From contig CAXTCI010000003.1 in assembly GCA_964242325.1 (NCBI GenBank), forward strand, positions 216 to 64,215: DNA of 64,000 nt, written 5' to 3'. A program made the position numbers and the translations under genes. Below are positions 35,827-44,565 of this stretch, piece after piece. The notes beneath the pieces were generated by a model. That model was not told the DNA's origin and did not search any database. It was given only the letters and a program-made list of their open reading frames with translations. The DNA comes from an uncultured Acetobacteraceae bacterium. Lineage in GTDB: Bacteria > Pseudomonadota > Alphaproteobacteria > Acetobacterales > Acetobacteraceae. How positions within the stretch are numbered: the first letter of the stretch is position 1; each line of letters starts with the position of its first letter.

Positions 35827-37074
35827 ATGGCCGGAACGAGGCAGTTGAGCAGCACCGTCAACCGGCGCGGGCTGCTGCGGGGTCTGGGCGCCCTGGGCAC
35901 CGCCGCCCTGGCGGTCCCGGCCTGGGCGCAGGGCACGGTGCATCTCGGCCTGAACGGCGGCCCGGACGAGCGGGCGCTGACCGCGGCCTTTCCGCAGAAA
36001 GCCTCGATGATCCTGCAGCGGACCCGGCCGCCGCTGCTGGAAACGCCGTTCGAGGTGTTCGACCCGGTGTCCAACGGGGGCGTCTTCACCCCCAACGACC
36101 GTTTCTTCGTGCGCTGGCACTGGGCCGTGATCCCCGAGCAGGTGGACCTGGCCAGCTTCCGCGTGGCGGTCCGCGGCCACGTGAACCAGGCGCAGTCGCT
36201 GACGATGGCCGACATCCTGGCGCTGCCCCGCGTCGAGCTGGCTGCCGTCAACCAGTGCTCCGGCAACTCCCGCGGGCTGTTCCAGCCGCGCATCGCCGGC
36301 GGCCAGTGGCAGAATGGCGCGATGGGCAATGCGAAGTGGACCGGCGTCCGGCTGCGCGACGTGCTGGACCGCGCCGGCGTGAAGCCCGGCGCCGTCGCGG
36401 TCCGCTTCAACGGCCTCGACCAGCCGGTGGTGGACGGCGCGCCGGACTTCATGAAGTCGCTCGCATTGGACCATGCCAGGGACGGCGAGGTCATGCTGGC
36501 CTACCAGATGAACGGCGAGCAGTTGCCGCTGCTGAACGGCTTCCCGCTGCGCCTGGTCGTGCCCGGCTGGTATTCGACCTACTGGGTCAAGATGGTGAGC
36601 GACATCGAGGTCCTGGACGCGCCGGACAACAGCTTCTGGATGAAGAGCGCCTACCTGATCCCCGCCACGCCGCATGCCGACGTGAAGCCCGGGCAGACCG
36701 GCTTCCCGACCGAGCCGATCAACCGGATGGTGCCGCGCTCCTTCTTCACCAATGTGACCCCGGCCAGCACGGTCAAGGCCGGTGCGCCGGTGCCGCTGCG
36801 CGGGATCGCGTTCGGGGGGGATTGCGGGGTGGCGGCGGTGGACACCTCCGTGGACGGTGGCCAAACCTGGCAGCCGGCGGCGCTGGGCCGCAACGAGGGC
36901 GCCTACAGCTTCCGGCAATGGACGGCGCAGGTGAACGCCCCCGCATCCGGCACGCTGACGGCGATGGTCCGCTGCACCAACACGCGGCGGGTGCCGCAGC
37001 CGATGGAGGCCAACTGGAACGGCGGCGGCTTCATGCGGAACGTCATCGAGACCGTCCACCTGGCCGTCGCCTGA
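35827..37074 (+). CDS. sorA: Sulfite dehydrogenase molybdopterin subunit (sulfite-oxidase family), Tat signal
   Basis: RRGLLRGLGALGTAALAVPAWA twin-arginine leader. Mo-ligand Cys context NQCSGNSRG. Also NGFPLRLVVPGWY. Confidence 0.85.
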   Translation: MAGTRQLSSTVNRRGLLRGLGALGTAALAVPAWAQGTVHLGLNGGPDERALTAAFPQKASMILQRTRPPLLETPFEVFDPVSNGGVFTPNDRFFVRWHWAVIPEQVDLASFRVAVRGHVNQAQSLTMADILALPRVELAAVNQCSGNSRGLFQPRIAGGQWQNGAMGNAKWTGVRLRDVLDRAGVKPGAVAVRFNGLDQPVVDGAPDFMKSLALDHARDGEVMLAYQMNGEQLPLLNGFPLRLVVPGWYSTYWVKMVSDIEVLDAPDNSFWMKSAYLIPATPHADVKPGQTGFPTEPINRMVPRSFFTNVTPASTVKAGAPVPLRGIAFGGDCGVAAVDTSVDGGQTWQPAALGRNEGAYSFRQWTAQVNAPASGTLTAMVRCTNTRRVPQPMEANWNGGGFMRNVIETVHLAVA

Positions 37075-37095
37075 ACCGGACCGAGGAGCACCGCC

Positions 37096-37575
37096 ATGGC
37101 CATCACCCTGAACACCGTCGCCTACGGTACCGTCGTCGTTGGCGGATTGGTCCTGTTTGCCATCGGCACTCCGGTGGAGCGGTCAGCCGCCCTGCAGGCG
37201 CGCCTGGCCGCCGACACGCCGGTCACGCCGGCCTACTCGGTGGCAGTCAACAAGCAGGTCGCCGCCTATGCCGCAGCCGTCGGTCCACGGGCGGCTCCGG
37301 CCGTGGCGGAGGCAGGCGGGATCAAGCTCCGCTCGGTCGGGTTCGACCTGCCCGCCAGCAGCCGGGCCTTCCCGGACGGACCCGGCGCCGAGCTGGTCAC
37401 GAATAACTGCCAGTCCTGCCACTCGCCGGGCATGATCCTGAACCAGCCGGCGCTGACCCGGGCCGAGTGGACGGGCGAGGTCAACAAGATGCTCCACACC
37501 TACAAGGCGCCGTTGGCCGAGGAGGACGTGGGCGCGATCGTCACCTACCTGGCCAGCCTGAAGGTGGCGCCGTAG
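37096..37575 (+). CDS. sorB: Cytochrome c subunit of sulfite dehydrogenase
   Basis: Haem motif CQSCH. GAGGAG lies before the ATG. Starts 21 nt after sorA. Confidence 0.8.
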   Translation: MAITLNTVAYGTVVVGGLVLFAIGTPVERSAALQARLAADTPVTPAYSVAVNKQVAAYAAAVGPRAAPAVAEAGGIKLRSVGFDLPASSRAFPDGPGAELVTNNCQSCHSPGMILNQPALTRAEWTGEVNKMLHTYKAPLAEEDVGAIVTYLASLKVAP

Positions 37576-37596
37576 CCCTGACGGCACGTTGATGCA

Positions 37597-37648
37597 CTGG
37601 ATCGGTTTGCTTCCAGGCTGGATGTAAACCGATCCAGTCTTTTGTTTG
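37597..37648 (+). terminator. Rho-independent terminator after sorB
   Basis: 12-bp perfect stem CTGGATCGGTTT / AAACCGATCCAG with a 17-nt loop, followed by TCTTTTGTTTG. Confidence 0.6.
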
Positions 37649-37697
37649 CGAACAGGAACTTGCAGGTTCAGATGCGGTCGCTGCGCGTCCAGGCCTG

Positions 37698-37790
37698 ATA
37701 CCAACGGCCTTCCGTTTCGACCGTTCTTGCTGGCACGTTCCAAGGTTCTGTGTGAGCGCAGATACGGTCAAAGCAGAGGGCCGTTGGTAT
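37698..37790. repeat. 93-bp long imperfect inverted repeat (33-nt arms, 27-nt loop)
   Basis: Outer 12 bp are perfect (ATACCAACGGCC / GGCCGTTGGTAT). The inner 21 nt pair at 14/21 positions. Lies in the convergent sorB/yeiH-like intergenic region. Confidence 0.5.
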
Positions 37791-37853
37791 GACCGCAGTC
37801 TGCTCTATTCCCGGCCCTGGTCCAGCGTTGAGACCAGGGACACAGGGTCGGTG

Positions 37854-38972
37854 TCACGCGATGCCCAGCAGACGGATCAGCCCCACGCTGATCGCGCCCA
37901 GCGCCAGCAGGCTGAGCGTGACCGCGGCGATCACCCGCACCCCGGCCCGGGCCACCACCCGCAGGTCGGTGCCGAGACCGAGCGCGGCCATTGACACCAC
38001 CGTCAGCAGGTTGGCCGCCGCCGCCATGGGGCCGAGCGCCACGTGCGGCACCACATCCGCCGACCGCAACCCGGCCAGCACCAGGAAGCCGACGATGAAC
38101 CACGGCACCAGCTTATGCAGCGGCAGCTTGCCCGGCGCCGGGCGGTCGCCCGCGGTGACGTGCGGCGCGGCCTCGTCCGCCTCGTCGCGCAGGCGCCGGG
38201 TCAGCAGCGACAGGCCGAGCACGACGGGGCCGAGCATCAGCACCCGAACCAGCTTGACCAGCGTCCCCATATGGACCGCGACCGTGCCGATGGGCGCCGT
38301 CGCGGCCAGCACCTGCGGCACCGCATAGACCGTCAGCCCCGCCAGCACACCGTATTGCAGGTGGGTCAGGTGCATCAGCGCCGGCAGCAGCGGCAGGCCA
38401 AGCACCACCAGCACGCCCAGCACCGCCGTGAAAGCGATGGAGGCGGCCACGTCCTCGCCGTCGGCGCCGATGATGGGCGCCACCGCCGCGATGGCCGAGT
38501 TGCCGCAGATGGAGTTGCCGCAGGCGACCAGCGTCGCCATCCGGTGCGGCAGCCCGAGCAGCCGGCCGATGCCGTAGCTGCCAACGATGGCGAGCACCAC
38601 GACCGCCGCAATCCCTGCGATCAGCAGCGGCCCAGCCGCCACGATCATCCCGGCGCTGATCGAGGCGCCGAGCAGCAGTACCGCGACTTCCAGCAGCATT
38701 TTGGCGCTGAAATCAATGCCTGCGAACCATCGCCGCCCCGGCGTCCAGGCCGTGCGTACGGCGGTGCCGACCAGGATCGCCAGCACCAGCGCCTCCAGCC
38801 AGGTGGCGCCGAACAACGCTGCCTCCGCATGCTCCAATCCCACCGCGGCGCCCGTCACGGCCAGGCATAGTCCCAGGCCGGGCAGCAGGCGGCCAAGCCT
38901 GCCGACTGCACCCTGGACGGACGGCACCGGGCGGAACAGGGCAGGGGATGGCGCAGCGACAGGAACGGACAT
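37854..38972 (-). CDS. YeiH/UPF0324-family membrane protein (putative sulfate exporter family)
   Basis: 372-aa polytopic protein with the motif LVACGNSICGNSAIAA, typical of the family. Confidence 0.85.
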   Translation of the reverse strand: MSVPVAAPSPALFRPVPSVQGAVGRLGRLLPGLGLCLAVTGAAVGLEHAEAALFGATWLEALVLAILVGTAVRTAWTPGRRWFAGIDFSAKMLLEVAVLLLGASISAGMIVAAGPLLIAGIAAVVVLAIVGSYGIGRLLGLPHRMATLVACGNSICGNSAIAAVAPIIGADGEDVAASIAFTAVLGVLVVLGLPLLPALMHLTHLQYGVLAGLTVYAVPQVLAATAPIGTVAVHMGTLVKLVRVLMLGPVVLGLSLLTRRLRDEADEAAPHVTAGDRPAPGKLPLHKLVPWFIVGFLVLAGLRSADVVPHVALGPMAAAANLLTVVSMAALGLGTDLRVVARAGVRVIAAVTLSLLALGAISVGLIRLLGIA

Positions 38973-39252
38973 GGAAGCCTCGTCTCATGAGGTCCTTCAG
39001 GTGCGCCGTCCCGTTCCGCTAGTCCAACAATAACGTCAGATGCAAATCATCAGTAGGGGCGATGGATGCCCATGTTAGCTGCCGCTGGCAGGCCGGCGGC
39101 ACTGCCGATGGGCGGAGCGAAGCCATTCATGACCGCGGACCAGGCCGGGTATATGCAGCCGCCACCCGCAGACTGGGATTCGGCAACCAATTGTCCAAAT
39201 GCCGACATTAAAGCAGCCGAACTCCTTCAGACCCCGTCAGCCTGCTCCAGCC

Positions 39253-39531
39253 TCACCCTGCGTCGCTCGCTCCCTGGCCGCTAGCTTCCGCAAGGGACGT
39301 CGCCCGGACAACTGGGCTTTCTACCGCAGGCCACGTCCGCATCGCCTCCGCCACGAGCGGGTCGAGACCGTGACCTCCCGCCCTGGCGTGCTCCCGAAAC
39401 GCCGAGCGCATGCCCGGCGTCCAGAACGCCACCAGATGGTCCCTGATGCCGGCATAGGCTTCCTCTTCCGGATAAGGCCGGAAGAAACTTGCAATCTCGT
39501 TGGCCATGCGGGCCATCGTTTCAACCTTCAT
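39253..39531 (-). CDS. fdsD: Formate dehydrogenase delta subunit
   Basis: 92 aa with MANEIASFFRPYPEEEA..FWTPGMR. GGAGG lies before the ATG. Directly follows fdsA. Confidence 0.85.
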   Translation of the reverse strand: MKVETMARMANEIASFFRPYPEEEAYAGIRDHLVAFWTPGMRSAFREHARAGGHGLDPLVAEAMRTWPAVESPVVRATSLAEASGQGASDAG

Positions 39532-39555
39532 GGCGCCCTGCCTCCTTCCGCACCG

Positions 39556-42399
39556 CTAATCCGCATCGCCGAGCACCGGGGCAATCCGGGTCAACGACAC
39601 ATCCTCCTCGAAGAACCGCGCCTGCCAATCGGAAGGCCGGTTGGTCCGGCGCACCTGCACGGCCGTCACCTTGTATTCCGGGCAGTTGGTCGCCCAATCA
39701 GAGAACTCGGTCGTGATGACGTTGGCGCCGGTCTTGGCATGGTGGAAGGTCGTGTAAACCACGCCAGGCTGCATCCGCTCGCTGATGCGGGCGCGCAACG
39801 CGATGTCGCCAGACCGGCTCTCCAGCCCAACCAGGTCCCCGTCGTTGATCCCGCGGTTCTCGGCGTCGAAGGGGTGGATCTCCAGCACATCCTCCTCATG
39901 CCAACGGCTGTTTTCGGTGCGGCGGGTCTGCGCCCCGACGTTGTATTGGCTCAGAATGCGCCCGGTGGTCAGGATCAGCGGGAACAGGGCGCCGGTGCGC
40001 TCCTGCGTCGGCACGAACTCGGTCAGCATGAACCGGCCCTTGCCGCGGACGAAGCGATCCACGTGCATCATCGGCGTGCCCAGCGGCGCCGCCTCGTTGC
40101 ACGGCCACTGCAGCGACCCCATCGCGTCCAGCTTGGCATACGACACCCCGGCGAAGCTCGGGGTCAGCCGCGCGATCTCGTCCATGATCTCGCCGGGATG
40201 GCCGTAGCTCATCGGGAAGCCCAGCGCGTTGGACAGCGCCATCGTCGCCTCCCAATCCGCCAGCCCGCCCAAGGGGGACATCACCTTGCGCACCCGGTTG
40301 ATCCGCCGCTCGGCGTTGGTGAAGGTTCCGTCCTTCTCCAGGAACGACGATCCCGGCAGGAAGACGTGGGCATACTTGGCCGTCTCGTTCAGGAAGATGT
40401 CCTGCACGACGACGCACTCCATCGCCCGCAGCCCGGCGGTCACATGCTGGGTATCAGGGTCGGACTGCGCGATATCCTCGCCCTGGATATACAGCGCCTT
40501 GAAGCTGCCCTCCACCGCATCGTCCAGCATGTTCGGGATGCGCCGGCCCGGGTCGGCGGACAGCGCCACGCCCCAGGTCGCCTCGAACATCTCCCGCGTC
40601 GCATCGTCGGAAACGTGCCGGTAGCCGGTCAGCTCGTGCGGAAAGCTGCCCATGTCGCAGGCGCCCTGCACATTATTCTGGCCGCGCAGCGGGTTCACCC
40701 CGGCGCCCAGCTTGCCGATATTGCCGGTCGCCATCGCCAGGTTTGCCATCGCCATCACGGCCGTGGTGCCTTGGCTGTGCTCGGTGACGCCCAGGCCGTA
40801 GTAGATGGCCGCCGCTCCCCCGGTGGCGAACAGCCGCGCCGCGGCACGCACCTCGGCGGCAGGCACGCCGGTCAGGCTCTCGCTGGCCTCAGGCGAGTTA
40901 TGCTCCTGCGCGATAAAGCGCGCCCAGCTTTCGAACTCCTGCAAGTCGCACCGCTCCCGCACGTAGTCCTCGGCAATCAAGCCCTCGGTAACGACGACAT
41001 GGGCCAGCGCGTTGAGCAGGGCGACGTTGGTGCCCGGCAGCAGCGGCAAGTGGTGCTGCGCCTCGATGTGCGGGGAGCGCACGAGATCAATGCGCCGAGG
41101 GTCGGCAACGATCAGCTTGGCACCGTCGCGCAGCCGCTTCTTCATGCGCGACGCGAACACCGGGTGCCCATCGGTCGGGTTGGCACCGATTACCAGAATC
41201 ACGTCGGAATGCTCGACAGAGGCAAAGTCCTGCGTCCCCGCCGAGGTCCCCAGCGTGGTGCTGAGGCCATACCCGGTCGGCGAGTGGCAGACGCGGGCGC
41301 AGGTGTCCACGTTGTTGTTGCCGAACGCGCCGCGGATCAGCTTCTGCACGAGGAACGTCTCCTCGTTGGTGCAGCGGGACGAAGTGATGCCGCCGACGCT
41401 GTCCCGCCCGTGCTTGGCCTGGATGCGCTTGAACTCGCTGGCGGCGTGGGCGATGGCCACCTCCCACGACACTTCCTGCCACGGGTCGGTGATCGCCGCG
41501 CGGATCATCGGCTTGGTCTTGCGGTCCTTGTGGGTGGCATAGCCGAAGGCAAAGCGTCCCTTGACGCAGGAGTGCCCGGCATTCGCCTTGCCATCCTTGT
41601 AGGGGACCATACGCACGACGGTCTCCCCCTTCATCTCCGCCTTGAACGAGCAGCCGACGCCGCAATAGGCGCAGGTCGTGACCACCGAATGCTCCGGGGT
41701 GCCAAGCGCGATGACCGACTTCTCATTCAGCGTCGCCGTCGGGCAGGCCTGCACGCAGGCGCCGCAGGACACGCACTCCGACCCCATGAAGTCGGTACCC
41801 CCAGCCGAGATCTTGGACCCGAAGCCGCGCCCCTCCATCGTCAGCGCGAAGGTGCCCTGGATATCCTCGCACGCCCGCACGCAGCGGGAGCAGGCAATGC
41901 ACTTGCTGGCCTCGAACGTGAAGTACGGGTTGCTGGCGTCGGTCGGCGCGTCCAGGTGGTTCTCGCCCTCGTAGCCATAGCGCACGTCGCGCAGGCCGAC
42001 CTTGCCGGCCATGTCCTGCAGCTCGCAGTCACCATTGGCCGAACAGGTCAGGCAGGTCAGCGGGTGGTCGCTGATATACAGCTCCATCACGCCCCGGCGG
42101 CGCTTGGCGATGGCGCCGTTCTCGGTGTGCACGACCATACCCTCCTCGGCCGGCGTCGTGCAGGACGCCGGGTAGCCGCGCCGTCCCTCGATCTGCACCA
42201 GGCACAGCCGGCATGACCCGAACGGCTCCAGGCTGTCCGTCGCGCACAGCTTCGGCACCTGGGTGCCGATGGCCGCGGCGGCGGCCATCACGCTGGTTCC
42301 CTTGGGCACAGTCACGTCCTGCCCATCAATGGTCAGCGTCACGGTCGCGTCAGCCACCCGGATGGGGGTGCCGGTGTCCAGCTCGCGGATCAGGGCCAT
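39556..42399 (-). CDS. fdsA: NAD-dependent formate dehydrogenase alpha subunit (Mo-bisPGD, Fe-S)
   Basis: Start trimmed to ATG 42399, with AGGAGG upstream. Fe-S motifs CRLC, CIACSRCVRAC, CVSCGACVQACP and CAYCGVGC, plus a molybdopterin oxidoreductase body. No in-frame TGA. Confidence 0.95.
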   Translation of the reverse strand: MALIRELDTGTPIRVADATVTLTIDGQDVTVPKGTSVMAAAAAIGTQVPKLCATDSLEPFGSCRLCLVQIEGRRGYPASCTTPAEEGMVVHTENGAIAKRRRGVMELYISDHPLTCLTCSANGDCELQDMAGKVGLRDVRYGYEGENHLDAPTDASNPYFTFEASKCIACSRCVRACEDIQGTFALTMEGRGFGSKISAGGTDFMGSECVSCGACVQACPTATLNEKSVIALGTPEHSVVTTCAYCGVGCSFKAEMKGETVVRMVPYKDGKANAGHSCVKGRFAFGYATHKDRKTKPMIRAAITDPWQEVSWEVAIAHAASEFKRIQAKHGRDSVGGITSSRCTNEETFLVQKLIRGAFGNNNVDTCARVCHSPTGYGLSTTLGTSAGTQDFASVEHSDVILVIGANPTDGHPVFASRMKKRLRDGAKLIVADPRRIDLVRSPHIEAQHHLPLLPGTNVALLNALAHVVVTEGLIAEDYVRERCDLQEFESWARFIAQEHNSPEASESLTGVPAAEVRAAARLFATGGAAAIYYGLGVTEHSQGTTAVMAMANLAMATGNIGKLGAGVNPLRGQNNVQGACDMGSFPHELTGYRHVSDDATREMFEATWGVALSADPGRRIPNMLDDAVEGSFKALYIQGEDIAQSDPDTQHVTAGLRAMECVVVQDIFLNETAKYAHVFLPGSSFLEKDGTFTNAERRINRVRKVMSPLGGLADWEATMALSNALGFPMSYGHPGEIMDEIARLTPSFAGVSYAKLDAMGSLQWPCNEAAPLGTPMMHVDRFVRGKGRFMLTEFVPTQERTGALFPLILTTGRILSQYNVGAQTRRTENSRWHEEDVLEIHPFDAENRGINDGDLVGLESRSGDIALRARISERMQPGVVYTTFHHAKTGANVITTEFSDWATNCPEYKVTAVQVRRTNRPSDWQARFFEEDVSLTRIAPVLGDAD

Positions 42400-42410
42400 G
42401 GCTGTCCTCC

Positions 42411-43961
42411 TTATTCCGCAGCCACTGGCAGGGCGCGGTGGAAATCCTCGGGAAAATGGGTCAGCGCACTGTTGACCGGCACGGGCGTCAGCCCGCCCAT
42501 GGCGCACAGCGAAGCATCGGTCATCAACTCGCACAGGTCATCCAGCAGGGCGAAGTTCTTGGCCGGCTCGATCCCGGCGATGATGCGGTCTACCACCTCG
42601 ACGCCGCGGACGGCGCCGATGCGGCAGGGGGTACATTTGCCGCAGCTTTCCGCGGCGCAGAAGCTGAAGGCAAAGCGGGCCTGCCGGGCCAAATCCACGG
42701 TGTCGTCGAACACCACGACGCCGCCATGCCCAACCAGGCCGCCCGCCTTGGTGAACGCCTCGTAGTCCATCGGCGTGTCCAGCAGCGCCTCGGGGAAGTA
42801 GGCGCCCAGCGGGCCGCCGACCTGCACCGCGCGGAACGGGCGGCCGCTGCGGGTGCCGCCGCCCCAGTCCTCGATCAGGCTGCGGAGCGTCACGCCGAAC
42901 GGCAATTCGATCAAGCCGCCACGCGCCACGTTACCGGCCAACTGCACCGGCAGGGTCCCGAGCGACCGACCCGTGCCGAGCGCGGCGTAAGCCGGACCGC
43001 CGTTAGCCATGATCCAGGGCACGCTGGCCAGCGACATCACGTTGTTGACCACGGTCGGACGCCCGAACAGCCCCTCGATGGCCGGCAGCGGCGGCTTGGC
43101 GCGGACCATGCCGCGCTTGCCCTCCAAGCTGTCCAGCATGGAGGTCTCCTCGCCGCAGATGTAGGCGCCGGCGCCCATCCGCACCTCGATGTCGAACGCC
43201 TGGCCGGACCCCATGATGTCCGCCCCCAGCAGCCCGGCCCGGCGCGCAGCCAGCACCGCCGCGTTCAGGATACGTATGGCATGGGGATACTCGGACCGCG
43301 TGTAGATGTAGCCCTTGGTGGCGCCGACCGCGACGGCGGCGATCGTCATGCCCTCGATCAACGAGAACGGGTCGCCCTCCATCAGCATCCGGTCGGCGAA
43401 GGTGCCGCTGTCGCCCTCGTCGGCGTTGCAGGCGACGTACTTGCGGTCGGCGGGCGCCAGCCGGACCGTGTTCCACTTGATCCCCGTCGGGAACCCGGCG
43501 CCGCCGCGCCCGCGCAGGCCGGACAGCTTCACCTCGTCCACCGTCGCCTCGGCGCCCATCGCCAGCGCGCGTTCCAGCCCGGCATAACCGCCGTGGGCGC
43601 GGTAGTCCTCGACCGACACGGGATCAACCACGCCGCAGCGGGCGAAGGTCAGCCGGGTCTGCCCGGCGAACCAGGGATGCTCCTCCGGCCGGCCGATCCG
43701 CAGCGGGTGCGCGCCACCCTCCAGCAGGCCGGCGTCCAGCAGGCCCGGCACGTCGGCTGCCTGCACGGGGCCGTAGGCAATGCGGCCCTCCGGCGTCTCC
43801 ACCTCCAGCAGCGGCTCCAGCCAGACCGCGCCGCGTGTGCCGGTCCGCACCACATCCAGGTCGCAGCCACGCGCGGCAGCCTCGGCCCGCAAGGCGCGCA
43901 GCACCGCGTCGGCGCCGAGCGCCAAGGCGGCCATGTCCTGCGGCAGGAAGATGCGGGTCAT
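42411..43961 (-). CDS. fdsB: Formate dehydrogenase beta subunit (NuoF-like, FMN/NAD)
   Basis: GAGAYICGEETSMLDSLEG and a C-terminal 4Fe-4S motif (ESCGKCTPCR). ATGA overlap with fdsG. Confidence 0.95.
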   Translation of the reverse strand: MTRIFLPQDMAALALGADAVLRALRAEAAARGCDLDVVRTGTRGAVWLEPLLEVETPEGRIAYGPVQAADVPGLLDAGLLEGGAHPLRIGRPEEHPWFAGQTRLTFARCGVVDPVSVEDYRAHGGYAGLERALAMGAEATVDEVKLSGLRGRGGAGFPTGIKWNTVRLAPADRKYVACNADEGDSGTFADRMLMEGDPFSLIEGMTIAAVAVGATKGYIYTRSEYPHAIRILNAAVLAARRAGLLGADIMGSGQAFDIEVRMGAGAYICGEETSMLDSLEGKRGMVRAKPPLPAIEGLFGRPTVVNNVMSLASVPWIMANGGPAYAALGTGRSLGTLPVQLAGNVARGGLIELPFGVTLRSLIEDWGGGTRSGRPFRAVQVGGPLGAYFPEALLDTPMDYEAFTKAGGLVGHGGVVVFDDTVDLARQARFAFSFCAAESCGKCTPCRIGAVRGVEVVDRIIAGIEPAKNFALLDDLCELMTDASLCAMGGLTPVPVNSALTHFPEDFHRALPVAAE

Positions 43962-44458
43962 AGGCGGCGTGCCTCCGCGGCCATGGTTTCGAGCTTGGCG
44001 TCATCCAGCCGGGCCACCGGCTCGCCATCGAGCAGCGCCGCCGGGCTGCAGGCGCACAGGCCCAGGCAGTAGACCGCCTCGACCGTCAAGCTGCGGTCCG
44101 CCGTGGTGCCGCCCCAGTCAAGGCCAAGCCGCGCCAGCAGCCGGTCCGCCATATCGACGCCACCGTTGGATTGGCACGACTCCGCCCGGCATAGCTTCAG
44201 CACATGGCGACCTGGCGGAGCCCGACGGAAGTCGTGGTAGAAGGAGATCACGCCATGAACCTCGGCGCGCGACAGGTTCAGCGCATCGGCGATCATCGGC
44301 TCGCTCTGCTTCGGCACGCAGCCGAACTCATCCTGCAACGCATGGAGGATGGGCAGGGCAGCGCCTTCCATGCCGGCATGGGCGGCAATGATATCGGCAG
44401 CCAGGGCGGCATCCCAGCGTTCAACGGTTGATGGTATTTGGCCGACCAACGCAGTCAT
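43958..44458 (-). CDS. fdsG: Formate dehydrogenase gamma subunit (NuoE-like 2Fe-2S)
   Basis: CRAESCQS and CLGLCACSP cysteine pattern. 166 aa. Confidence 0.9.
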   Translation of the reverse strand: MTALVGQIPSTVERWDAALAADIIAAHAGMEGAALPILHALQDEFGCVPKQSEPMIADALNLSRAEVHGVISFYHDFRRAPPGRHVLKLCRAESCQSNGGVDMADRLLARLGLDWGGTTADRSLTVEAVYCLGLCACSPAALLDGEPVARLDDAKLETMAAEARRL

Positions 44459-44550
44459 GATGCCTCGCCGCCCCCGTCCCGCATTTCCTTCATGGCCCAG
44501 CTATATCTGAATGTACTCCGTCGCCATCAAGCCTCCGTTTGAGTGTCGCG

Positions 44551-44565
44551 ATAGCGAAAACCTAT
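44551..44565. promoter_or_regulatory. Candidate LysR box upstream of fdsG
   Basis: ATAGcgaaaacCTAT (T-N11-A dyad) lies about 95 nt upstream of the fdsG ATG and abuts the LysR gene stop. Motif only. Confidence 0.3.

Noticed and set aside
39199-42216. 1005-aa ORF on the plus strand, the longest ORF in the track
   Set aside because: It lies entirely antisense to fdsA, whose product has unmistakable Fe-S and molybdopterin motifs. Its translation is Arg/Gly/Ala/Pro/His-rich with no motifs, which is typical of a shadow ORF in high-GC DNA.
39556-42399. Possible selenocysteine (in-frame TGA) in the formate dehydrogenase alpha subunit
   Set aside because: The ORF is uninterrupted, and the active-site region reads ...AGHSCVKGRF with Cys. 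There is no recoding signal.
42213-44072. 619-aa plus-strand ORF
   Set aside because: Antisense to fdsB and fdsG. Low-complexity Arg/Ala/Gly composition.
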